Of a stretch of 64,000 bases of DNA, positions 1-10,310 are shown piece by piece. The DNA lies in assembly GCF_964204645.1 (NCBI RefSeq), contig NC_134034.1, positions 14,190,010 through 14,254,009 of the forward strand, in the 5' to 3' direction. The translations under genes were made by a program, and so were the position numbers. The first letter of the stretch is position 1. Each line of letters begins with the position of its first letter. Source of the stretch: Tubulanus polymorphus (lineage: Eukaryota > Animalia > Nemertea). The notes below the pieces were generated by a model, which did no database searches, was not told the DNA's origin, and was given only the letters and a program-made list of their open reading frames with translations.

Positions 1-238
1 GTCAATACGGTATAATGAGCAAAAAGGGACATTTCCGTGTAATATTCGATACGAATAAACGAATTATAAAATTAAAAATGGCTGCTATTAGTGGATTTAC
101 GGGCACAGCTGAAGGTACAGCCAGTAACTAAACAATATTCGGTGTCTAATAAATTTCTATTGTATTTTCGATTACAGATTCATTTGTTTCTATTTAACAG
201 GTGCTTGTGTTACGGGAACACACCATCCAATGTTCTAA
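1..238 (+). CDS. 3' end (last two exons) of an unidentified gene that begins upstream of the window
   Basis: Frame open from the window start to a donor at 114|GTACAG; acceptor TTTAACAG|201 continues in phase: ...QYGIMSKKGHFRVIFDTNKRIIKLKMAAISGFTGTAE-GACVTGTHHPMF*. AATAAA signals follow at ~259 and ~284. Confidence 0.55.
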
Positions 239-540
239 ATTGTGAAGATCACGTGATCAATAAAATTAATCATATTGATCAAAATAAATTGTGGTGATTT
301 TTCTAGTTTTTAGTCATTATTTGTCAGGGCTAACTCTCTCAATTCCTGTGGTGTAGTCGATTCGGGTCTATTGAATATCTTCTATGACTTGGGTGTGAAA
401 CGAGCTCAGCTGAGGAGGAAGCGTAGTTCGACCTTGATGGACTTGGACGGGGACAGGCTGGATCTGGGTCGAGTTTAACAAGGAAGGATTTGTGGTGAAC
501 GTGAACCATGGAGAACCGGAGTGGCACTCCCCCAACCCCC

Positions 541-1168
541 AAGGGGGCGGATCTAGGATTTTTCAAATGGGGTGGCTAACAAAACGTAATGAAGAGACTG
601 CGACTAGCGAGCCGCCTAGCGGCGAAGTCCGAGCGACCGAAGGTCACAAGACGTGGGGAGCTCGAGGGGGTGTCCCTCTGGACATTTAGAAAGTTTTGAA
701 AAATCCTCGGAAAAATAGTGCAATTTGAGCATTTGTGGGATGGTTTCAGTGAAAATTATGACACCCTGCTGAGCCGTGGCCAGGATGAGGTGTCGATTAT
801 TTTAATGAGATGATTGGGGGAAGCTTAGCAGGTCATTTTTCAAACATTTGTCATCATAATTTACAATTTGTCATGGTCTGGTGTTGGAGATTTTTTTGAC
901 ACAGATCGGGAAAAAGTCAATTTTGATTGGGAAAATGACCGTTTATCGGATACAGATACGGCCAAGCGGAATGGCTGGAGTACGAGCATACGGCGTCAAT
1001 ACAAAGTCACAACGCTACTGTTAGTTCTGATTCTGAGGCAGCTAACATTCTTATTTCATCTTCTTAGATATATACTATTTACCCGAAAAAGCCCCCTATG
1101 AAAATTTTTTGGAAGGCATTTGAGGGGCTGACTAGCCACCCTATTCACCCCCCCCCCTTAGATCCCCC
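541..1168. mobile_element. Non-autonomous TIR DNA element (GGGGCGGATCTAG...CTTAGATCCCCC termini)
   Basis: Imperfect inverted termini, including GGGGTGGCTA / TAGCCACCC; related termini occur at ~15050-15252 and 17171-17573. Confidence 0.5.
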
Positions 1169-1512
1169 GGAGGTAGCATGCCTGGGGCAGCCCTATGAAG
1201 ACACGCCACAGTAAATAAAAAAATTCCTCCCTTAATAAAAAATTACAAAAAATCATATTTTCAATCTTTTTCGCTCCTTTCAATTTAGTCACGAGTTTTT
1301 ATCATAGGCCCAGGCCCGAGTGACATCAGTGGGTCGGTGTGAAAGAGCCACAGACATTTTAAGAAAATGAGGAAACCCTTCTAAACTGTAATGAGATTAT
1401 CGGTGGATCAGCGGTAGCCGTGCGCTAGTGAATGGCGTACAAGTCACTTATTCAGGGTTCGAACCTACATAACCTGTGCTGGCGCTGCATGTCAGTCAGG
1501 TGACTGGTCAAA

Positions 1513-3669
1513 ATGGCGGCTCCCATCGTGAACTGTTATATATTGTATACTTTGCTGAATATTTTGTTGTTTGTGACGTGTAACAAGGCTCCTGTTCCTG
1601 TTATTTGTGCTCCATTAGGATACGATGTGAAAAATCTATCAGCGTTAGTTTCAATGCCCTCACTTTCTAATAAACAACAGTATCAGGCCTTAAACCATAT
1701 AGTCATTAAGTTTAGTTACCTACCCGTAGACGTAGTTGGTGGTAAGCTTTTTATAATCGGATGGGCTTATGTGGTTTGTGAAAATATCCGATCGTGAAAC
1801 TAAATCACGGACAGGTTACTGACTAGCCTAAGCCAGTAACTGCGCAATATGATTCTAATTGATTGATCGGTATGACTGCACTTAAGGTGTCCCTAATGGT
1901 TATGTACCTAACCTTACCATAACACTATTCGGTAAAAGTGCAGATGCGCACCTCTCGTGGTTGACGCAATCCGCTGAATGACAGAATCCAGGCTTAAATC
2001 TTTCTACTCTCTCTAGTGTAGATATCTTAAAATTAGCCAATGGCAATGTACTGAATTGCTGATGACATTTTGAACCTGAAACAATGATATTTCATGTAAT
2101 TGATTGAACCGTTTAAGCGGAGAGGTGCAGATCTGCACTAGCGCCACCCAGTGGATAGGTGACCCAAACTGCAGTTAGACCGATTGATCTATGCCGCCGG
2201 GGACGAGATGCAAAATCATTAACTGCGATCAATAAATTATGAGTACGTGATAAAACAAGCAGCAGCAGCAGCAGCAGCAGCAGCTAGGGTTAGCTCCTGC
2301 GTCGTTGGTGAATTAAATTGATTATTTAATTCTCGACATCTTGTACTTAACAATCATGTTTTGTTGAGGTATTATCCCCTAATAACAAATTGTATTGGAA
2401 ATATAAATGACCTCTTGCAGTAATTTGTTGGTATATTTTTGCAGGGTCCGTTATTGGTATTTTGATTCACCTGGAGATAAATGTGTTACGAATAGCAGTA
2501 AAACATGTCGATTTTATACTGCGTTCTGTAAACAATTACCCAATCAATTGTCTACAAACTGTACTGACTCAAGCGTCTGTCTTCAACAAACAGCTCCACC
2601 AAATACAGCTTATAAAATAGCTACTTATAAATACAATCCATTCAATCATTTAGGTAAGTTTTCATCAAGACTGTGGGTTAGCTATACTGTGGGTTAGCTA
2701 TTCTGTGGGTTAGCTAGACTGTGGGTTAGCCAGACTGTGGGTTAGCCAGACTGTGGGTTAGCCAGACTGTGGGTTAGCTAGACTGTGGGTTAGCTAGAAT
2801 GTGGGTTAGCCAGACTGTGGGTTAGCCAGACTGTGGGTTAGCTATTCTGTGGGTTAGCTAGACTGTGGGTTAGCCAGACTGTGGGTTAGCCAGACTGTGG
2901 GTTAGCCAGACTGTGGGTTAGCCAGACTGTGGGTTAGCTAGAATGTGGGTTAGCCAGACTGTGGGTTAGCCAGACTGTGGGTTAGCCAGACTGTGGGTTA
3001 GCTAGAATGTGGGTTAGCCAGACTGTGGGTTAGCCAGACTGTGGGTTAGCCAGACTGTGGGTTAGCCAGACTGTGGGTTAGCTATTCTGTGGGTTAGCTA
3101 GACTGTGGGTTAGCTATACTGTGGGTTAGCTATACTGTGGGTTAGCTATTCTGTGGGTTAGCTAGACTGTGGGTTAGCCAGACTGTGGGTTAGCCAGACT
3201 GTGGGTTAGCTAGAATGTGGGTTAGCTAGAATGTGGACTAGCTAGAATGTGGGTTCGCCCTAGTTTACCCAGTCCTGGTAGTGGTTGTCTCTGCTGAGAT
3301 CTACTACAATCCTAGTCTACATCAGACTCCCAGTTTTAGAGTCACATCGATTTAAAAGTATTGAGAAAATGTTGTTTCATGTCTTAGTGGTCTGTGGTAC
3401 ATCAGACAGTAAGGTTCTTGATGAAAACCCTGGTTGTGGATGATTAATTTTTATTGATATTTTTCATTGTAGAAGTGAATGGATTTAATGCAGATTTCCA
3501 GAATGGACAGGAAATCTCATTGTCCGGACAGCAAAAATGTAATCTATCAATTCTATACAGATTTCATTGTAACTCGAAGGCTGAATGGAATCCTAAAATA
3601 TCTGATGGAAAATCAGGAGCTTCGATTCCAGGTCCAATAGATATTCAATTCAACAGAGCTGATTGTAAG
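1513..3669 (+). CDS. Secreted/lumenal protein with a Cys-rich MRH (M6P-receptor-homology)-like domain; only three exons found, 3' part missing
   Basis: Exons 1513-1643, 2445-2653, 3473-3669 with canonical splice sites and matching phases (2,1). Signal peptide MAAPIVNCYILYTLLNILLFVTC, then YWYF..CRFYTAFCKQL..CTDSSVCLQ..FQNG..C..SILYRFHCN..DCK, whose Cys spacing resembles an MRH fold (recognised by eye). Confidence 0.6.
2669..3255. repeat. 16-bp intronic minisatellite (GACTGTGGGTTAGCCA)n
   Basis: Tandem array of ~36 units starting just after the exon-2 donor. Confidence 0.95.
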
Positions 3670-3671
3670 GT

Positions 3672-4235
3672 AAGTCAGCTGGCTGGTCGACTGGTCAGTG
3701 CGTACCGGTCCTACTGGTATAAGTCAGCTGGCTGGTCGACCGGTCAGTGCGTACCGGTCCTACTGGTATAAGTCAGCTGGCTGGTCGACCGGTCAGTGCG
3801 TACCGGTCCTACTGGTATAAGTCAGCTGACTGGTCGACTGGTCAGTGCGTACCGGTCCTACTGGTACAAGTCAGCTGACTGGTCGACCGGTCAGTGCGTA
3901 CCGGTCCTACTGGTATAAGTCAGCTGACTGGTCGACTGGTCAGTGCGTACCGGTCCTACTGGTATAAGTCAGCTGGCTGGTCGACCGGTCAGTGCGTACC
4001 GGTCCTACTGGTATAAGTCAGCTGACTGGTCGACTGGTCAGTGCGTACCGGTCCTACTGGTATAAGTCAGCTGACTGGTCGACTGGTCAGTGCGTACCGG
4101 TCCTACTGGTATAAGTCAGCTGGCTGGTCGACCGGTCAGTGCGTACCGGTCCTACTGGTATAAGTCAGCTGACTGGTCGACTGGTCAGTGCGTACCGGTC
4201 CTACTGGTACAAGTCAGCTGACTGGTCGACTGGTC
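3672..4235. repeat. 49-bp minisatellite (AAGTCAGCTGRCTGGTCGACYGGTCAGTGCGTACCGGTCCTACTGGTAT)n
   Basis: About 11.5 tandem units; the array starts within the 5' splice site of MRH exon 3. Confidence 0.95.
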
Positions 4236-4331
4236 TGTGCTACAGGAATGGAGGGGGTTCGTATGCGGCGTTTAACACATTCTAAATATTCTAGATTCAG
4301 ATTCTGATTCTAATTTTGATTTTGATTTCAG

Positions 4332-4463
4332 GCGCGTTTTTAATCCCTTACACGATTATGTTGGCGTTTGTTGGAATTCCATTGTTTTATATGGAATTAG
4401 CTCTGGGTCAGTTCGCGTCTGAGGGTCCAATTACTGTATGGAAAATGGCTCCACTGTTAAAAG
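4332..4463 (+). pseudogene. Isolated exon of an SLC6 (sodium:neurotransmitter symporter) gene
   Basis: TTTCAG|...|GTAAAG, 132 nt, phase 1-1, encoding (G)[43 protein letters not shown](G), the classic SLC6 TM2 signature. No other SLC6 exons seen in the window. Confidence 0.8.
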
Positions 4464-4711
4464 GTAAAGTCACTAACAAATCAACATAATTTCAATCTTG
4501 ATCTAAAGAACTGTAAGATTCCTTGAAACCGATGAAACTCAGGGTAAGGAGAGGACTGATCACCTCAGGTATGCGAGGTTTTCAATTCGATGGTCCAACT
4601 ACTATTCTTAAAAAGGCAGGTGCGTTAAATGACAATGAGGAATAAATATAGATAATGCTAAAAGTCGTTTGTGCGTTATTTAATCATTTTCCGAGAAAAC
4701 CTAGAATAGAC

Positions 4712-5192
4712 ACCCCGTACATCCTATATTCAGCATCAGTACCTCTCTGAATCAGTTATCAGTAATTACTTTTGTTAAGATATCAACATTTTACCGTACG
4801 GTGCTGCCTCTATGCTCATCGGTAGCGGGATTTTCATACACTAACGTTAGTCAACTCTGGCAAGCAAGGGTAACGGAGTATAACTGGATAGTACCACGAT
4901 TGCCAGAGTTGACTTCAGTTAGTGTACGGAAATCCCGCTAACGATGAGCATAGCGGCAGCACCGTACGGTCGGGATACCTCTGTACATCCTATATTCAGC
5001 ATCAGGACAACTTGGACCACTACTGGGTACACCCCTGTACATCATCTAATCAGCATCAGGACCTCTCTGAATCAGTATCAGTAATTAGTGGGTTCGAACC
5101 CGGGACACCCCTGTACATCCTCTATTCAGTATCAAGACCACTCTGAACCAGTATCAGTAATTACTTGGTTCGAACGCGGGACACCCCGTACC
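4712..5192. repeat. Degenerate ~75-bp repeats (ACACCCCTGTACATCCTATATTCAGCATCAGGACCTCTCTGAATCAG...) interrupted by a foldback element
   Basis: Four to five imperfect copies, some carrying a GGTTCGAACC B-box-like motif. Confidence 0.6.
4793..4970. mobile_element. Foldback MITE / long hairpin (~70-bp arms)
   Basis: ACCGTACGGTGCTGCCTCTATGCTCATCGGTAGCGGGATTTTCATACACTAAC..AGTCAACTCTGGCAA is a near-perfect inverted repeat of 4900-4970. Confidence 0.8.
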
Positions 5193-5324
5193 CATTATGA
5201 TGCGATTAGACACGTGATCGATGGTCGTCCTCATTTAGAAGATGAATTTAATTGTGAAACATGGTCATATCCAGGAATGTTTAAACCCGGCGATCAATGT
5301 CTCGACTAAAACCGTGTCTATATT

Positions 5325-7213
5325 GGTACTGTTAATAGTCGTATTAGGTGCCTACGGATTCATCTTCTTTACGATAACCTACAACGATACGATTTCAAAC
5401 TGTGTTCTACCCGTACTCGTAGTAGGCCTAACTACCAATTTCACGTTGTTTGGAGCCATTTTAGGACAGTGTAACTTCAACCTAGAGCGATTTCACCCAC
5501 CCCGAGTGCTACTTGATAAAAGTTCCTGTGTATCAAGTTTAATCGTAATCAGTCCATTGGGTCAAAAGATATAGACATTTATCCAAAGCGACACCTATAT
5601 GGAAAAGAGTGGAAATTGTTGCATACCAACCTTAAAATAGATATTGTGGTTTTTATATAAATTGAATGATGTCACCAACTCTTTCATTCATTCAGAAATA
5701 AACTACTGTATTGAGCGAAGTATCTTTTAAATAAAGTGGCCTCCACTAGATAAAGCAAATATATGTGTTCAAAATATGTAAGTTAGTATAGAATCTATTG
5801 ACCAAAAAATAACCCGAGTCAAACAGATGATCATCGTACTACAAATTCCTCGCTGGGCCAAAAATTAGCCCCAACCTGAGGCACTAACCCTAACCCTAGT
5901 TTGACCGTAACCCTAACCCTAGCAGAACTCGAACCTGCGACCTCCAGCTCGCCAGCCGAGCACGCTAACCACTAGACCGCTGAGTTCTGGTGGCTGAACC
6001 AGTTTGCGAATACGACTGGTCAGTGTGGTACGAGGCCAACACTAGGGTTACTGCGTTTATCAAACAGGCCAACACTCGTCAATGTTTGTTTCTTGGTAAT
6101 TGCCTTTTTAGTGCCCTGGGGCCAGTTCCATGGGTGATGGCTTAGGAGGTGAATCTAAGCTTTTCTCATATCGGTATTTGTACATAACTCAATCGTGAAC
6201 GTCTTTCTGTATTCCAAGACTGATTCTATTGGCTAATACAGTCAAACTAATATTTGTACTGATGTTGATAGTCGTATTAGGTGCCTACGGATTCATCTTC
6301 TTTACGATAACCTACAACGATACGATTTCAAACTGTGTTCTACCCGTACTCGTAGTAGGCCTAACTACCAATTTCACGTTGTTTGGAGCCATTTTAGGAC
6401 AGTGTAACTTCAACCTAGAGCGATTTCACCCACTCCGAGTGCTACTTGATAAAAGTTCCTGTGTATCAAGTTTAATCGTAATCAGTCCATTGGGTCAAGA
6501 GATATAGACATTTATCCAAAGCGAAACCTTTGGAAAAGAGTGGAAATTGTTGCATACCAACCGTAAAGTAGATATTGTGGTTTTTATATATATTGAATAA
6601 TGTAACCAACTCTTTTATTCATTCAGAAATAAACTACTGTATTGAGCGAAGTATCTTTTAAATAAAGTGGCCTCTAAGGATAAAGCAAATATATGTGTTC
6701 AAAATATATCAGTTAGTATAGAATCTATTGACCAAAAAATAACCCGAGTCAAACAGATGATCATCGTACTACAAATACCTCGCTGGGCCAAAAATTAGCC
6801 CCAACCTGAGGCACTAACCCTAACCCTAGATCGACCGTAACCCTAACCCTAGCAGAACTCGAACCTGCGACCTCCAGCTCGCCAGCCGAGCACGCTAACC
6901 ACTAGACCGCTGAGTTCTGGTGGCTGAACCAGTTTGCGAATACGACTGGTCAGTGTGGTACGAGGCCAACACTAGGGTTTCTGCGTTTATTAAACAGGCC
7001 AACACTAGGGTTACTGCGTTTATCAAACAGGCCAACACTCGTCAATGTTTGTTTCTTGGTAATTGCCTTTTAAGTGCCCTGGGGCCAGTTCCTTGGGTGA
7101 TGGTTTAGGACGTGAATCTAAGCTTTTCTCATATCGGTATTTGTACATAACTCAATCGTGAACGTCTTTCTGTATTCCAAGACTGATTCTATTGGCTAAT
7201 ACAGTCAAACTAA
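5325..7213. repeat. Tandem duplication of a ~0.93-0.96 kb unit (two copies)
   Basis: 5335 onward matches 6268 onward; both copies end at ACAGTCAAACTAA (6238 and 7201). Copy 2 has one extra ~34-bp sub-repeat. Confidence 0.95.
5848..6077 (-). mobile_element. Composite non-autonomous element (33/34-bp repeat, tRNA-derived SINE-like head, TTAGGG repeats, terminal stem-loop); second copy at ~6778-7040
   Basis: Minus strand reads GCGGTCTAGTGGTTAGCGTGCTCGGCTGGCGAGCTGGAGGTCGCAGGTTCGAGTTCTGC (A and B boxes), then TAGGGTTAGGG runs and a GGGCTAATTTTTGGCCC hairpin. Confidence 0.6.
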
Positions 7214-7380
7214 ATCGTTTAATCCGCATCGGCTTAATCCGAATTTTGGCTTAATCCGGATAATATTTACAGTCAATTTAATCAACAATATACACGAAAA
7301 TGACTTTAATCCGGATTTGCCGTAAAACGGATGAATTTTGTTGGTCCCAATGATCGGAATTAGGGAAATTTCATCATACC
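7199..7380 (+). mobile_element. Tc1/mariner-pogo-type MITE (TACAGT.. terminus, TTAATCCG sub-repeats); relatives at ~23985-24155, ~49344-49492, ~54660-54725
   Basis: TA-CAGTCAAAC terminus, repeated TTAATCCG and an internal GGTCCC. Relatives show CAGTAGAC...GTCTACTGTA termini. Confidence 0.5.
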
Positions 7381-10213
7381 ATTTACTCTCCTTATATAAA
7401 GCTCTAATGTTGGTACAGTTATTAATTTCTAACAAACTAGTGTTGAGTGATGAATGAAATTTGACTTAAGAAAAATCTGTATTCCTCACATGCCGCAGTA
7501 AAATAGCAAGACTGCATCAGATTACAACCGTTCAGTGCTGCCCCTATGAATAACGTTGGCGGAATTTCTATGAACTAAAGTAGTTATCCACGGGCCTTTA
7601 ATCCAAGAGCGTGGTTTTCATTAGAATAAATTCTTTGAATATTGCGTAGCGACGGCCGACATAGCCGACGCTTATTTGGAAAGCCCTGCTCAAAATCATT
7701 TAGAATCGGTAACATAAATAAATGGCTGAAAGTTTTGATTTTGATAACGTATTAATGAACTGTATATACCGGGTACTAGATAACGTATACAATTCGGGTA
7801 TAGAAAATGTTTGTATCCTTTGTTCTGAATGTTCAAGATGTTTGTAAACTTCCTATAATAATACTAACATATTTCCCTAAATACTAAACCTAAAAACATA
7901 ACATAATTACAGTCGTTGATATTAAGAAATTTTCCTACCTACAAAACTGCAACTTTTCACCAGTTTCCGACCTGATCCAGTTATTTCATAGTTAATCCAA
8001 TCCTGAGTCAATTTAATTCCGTGTCCAAGTCTTTAAACGTTCACAAAATCCAGTTTTCTGAGGAAATTTCTATCAAAGTTCGGTTGAAAATGTTCCAATT
8101 TTTTCAATTCATACAATCTGAAGACTCCATAAACAATTTCTCCGTAATGAACATACGATTCCCGATTGAATTAATTCCTTTCCGATTAAAATACAGTCAG
8201 AATAGCGAAAGATGGCGCACGATTCGACTGACATTACGATTTATTCGATGAAATCGAATTTCCCGGCGCCTGCGACAAGCCCAGACACGCTTCAGTACGC
8301 GGCCGCTGATTGGCTAATCGATCTCAATTGGGGGGTATCGTCTATTGCTAGTGCGCGGGATATTTCAATAGTGGCGTGTTCTATTGTGTTGTTACAATAG
8401 GGGGATAAGCTATTGCGACAGCGGGATGCGGATGTGTCCATTTGATACGTATCTCGTGAAATATCGAGCCGGGGATAGTTTCAGCCTTGATACTTTACTG
8501 ATTGACGTTTTAGGGGTGTTTATAAAGGTTAATCGTCGTTTTTTGATGATATTATGTAATTTGGAACTTGAAGATGCCCTGTACCCTCTCACTGGACGGG
8601 TCTATGTGTGCAGCTGATGATATATGTAGCGATGTCATTAGAGGCGGCGCCTATGACACAAATCGTGACCGCATATCATTATATAGAAACCATGGAGTTC
8701 TCTATCGGACGACGTACAGGTTCGTAGATGAGACTCCTTTGATACGCCATGTACTGGTCGGGGATGGGGCAAGAGAAAGGAAATAAAGGCTCAAAGTTAC
8801 TGATTAAATAAGTGTCCAAACTCTATCAATCAAACATGTCAACTTGACCCAGGTAGCGATTGGATGTAATATATCACGTCCGGGGACGGGTGTATTTGGG
8901 AGGTGACAAATAATGTTTATTCCAGCTTCCTTGCTGTGTGTGCAAGGAAAGCGGTCGTTCGCCAACTCACATCGGCCACTTATTTATAGTTGATATTACT
9001 AGACGTTAAAAATGATCATCCAGAGATTGTTAAACGCACAATCTGCATATAGGGCCTATAATGAAATCGTGGAAATTTCCATCGAATCGATTTTCGTCGC
9101 CAAAAACACCAGAAACTCATCAATTATTTTCCCACTAATTACATAGTGGTTTCACCGATATTTTCTGTGTACCGTCAGAGTTCGGCGCAGAGTTGAGGAG
9201 AACATTGATTTGTTAGACTGTAGCGCGTATCGAGAACCACGTGGAAACGGACGATGCTATTTTCGCAGGGTTGACTATCACTCATAATTTCTCAAGAAAA
9301 ATATTTTAGTTGAAGTGACCATATCAATTTGACGGGTAACTACGCGATGATTTAATTCATTCCCCATATATATTATGCCCATATATGGTATTCGCCGGTT
9401 TGCTAAAAAAGACGGCGATTTCGATGGAATAATCATTTTCAAATGAAATTGCATATTTGACGTTTCACCAGAAAACCAACGCGAATAGAATCTGTTTCTA
9501 AAAAGGTTTATCTATTTATCATATGAAGAGTCGAGATCATCTTCGATTTTAGCCTGGTGGCTTCACGTCAACCAGCTGCGGATCAATGGATCTGTCGGCG
9601 TTAAGGCTCAATAATGTCCTGCTTTCCTGAACGAATCTTACTGCTTTTTTATTGGAATCTTATTGGACTTTTCTTGCACTGGTAGAATAAGAACAGGTTT
9701 TCCACTTTGAAATACTGTTAAGAATCTCACCCATCCACGCCTCCTTTTCACATGATTAAAAAAATGTCCTTTAGCCTATGTGTCACTCGTTCCAGAGTGG
9801 GCCTTAGAGCCGCCCCTGTGTGATTCTGAAAGATGTCTTTAAAATACTTGTACAGCGAAACAGCATGGGATTTCAAATATAGGACCTCGATTCAGACCTT
9901 TAACCAAATATAAAATAACGAAGCGCAAACAACGTTCTTAATTTTATCTTTCGATTCTTTTAATTTCAGGAAGAAAAGGATAAAATACGATTCGGACAAA
10001 ATGCACTGATTTACAGAATTAACAGCCGTTTAGATGTTGATCTACGATGTATGTTGATTTTTATATGATTGTTCTGATGTAGAACAACACAATTTTCTAA
10101 ATAATGAGAACTGTAGATTGCGTAGTGAAACGGGATAATAACGACATAAATACTGATAATTATTTGTGTGTCGATGACTATGAAGTTTATAAATCATCTC
10201 TCACATCAGGAAC

Positions 10214-10244
<31 letters not shown>

Positions 10245-10310
10245 TATGTATTTCATACTGGAACAATAATTCCCATCTGGTTGAAAGACGCTGGAACAGA
10301 ACTTCATCTG

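Noticed and set aside
339-566. LTR-retrotransposon integrase tail
   Set aside because: Only compositional resemblance; no diagnostic motif.
3473-4463. MRH-SLC6 fusion protein
   Set aside because: The exon phases are incompatible (donor phase 0, acceptor phase 1).
5885-5921. True telomere or telomere fusion site
   Set aside because: Only 2-3 TAACCC units, embedded in a dispersed element.
5917-5985. tRNA gene on the minus strand (also ~6847-6915, ~1405-1465, ~11570-11600)
   Set aside because: A/B boxes are present but there is no convincing acceptor stem or anticodon arm; treated as SINE-derived.
5242-6507. Two near-identical hydrophobic ORFs (LGAYGFIFFTITY...) as membrane-protein genes
   Set aside because: They lie in a tandem duplication, have different N-termini, and show no recognisable family or splice structure.
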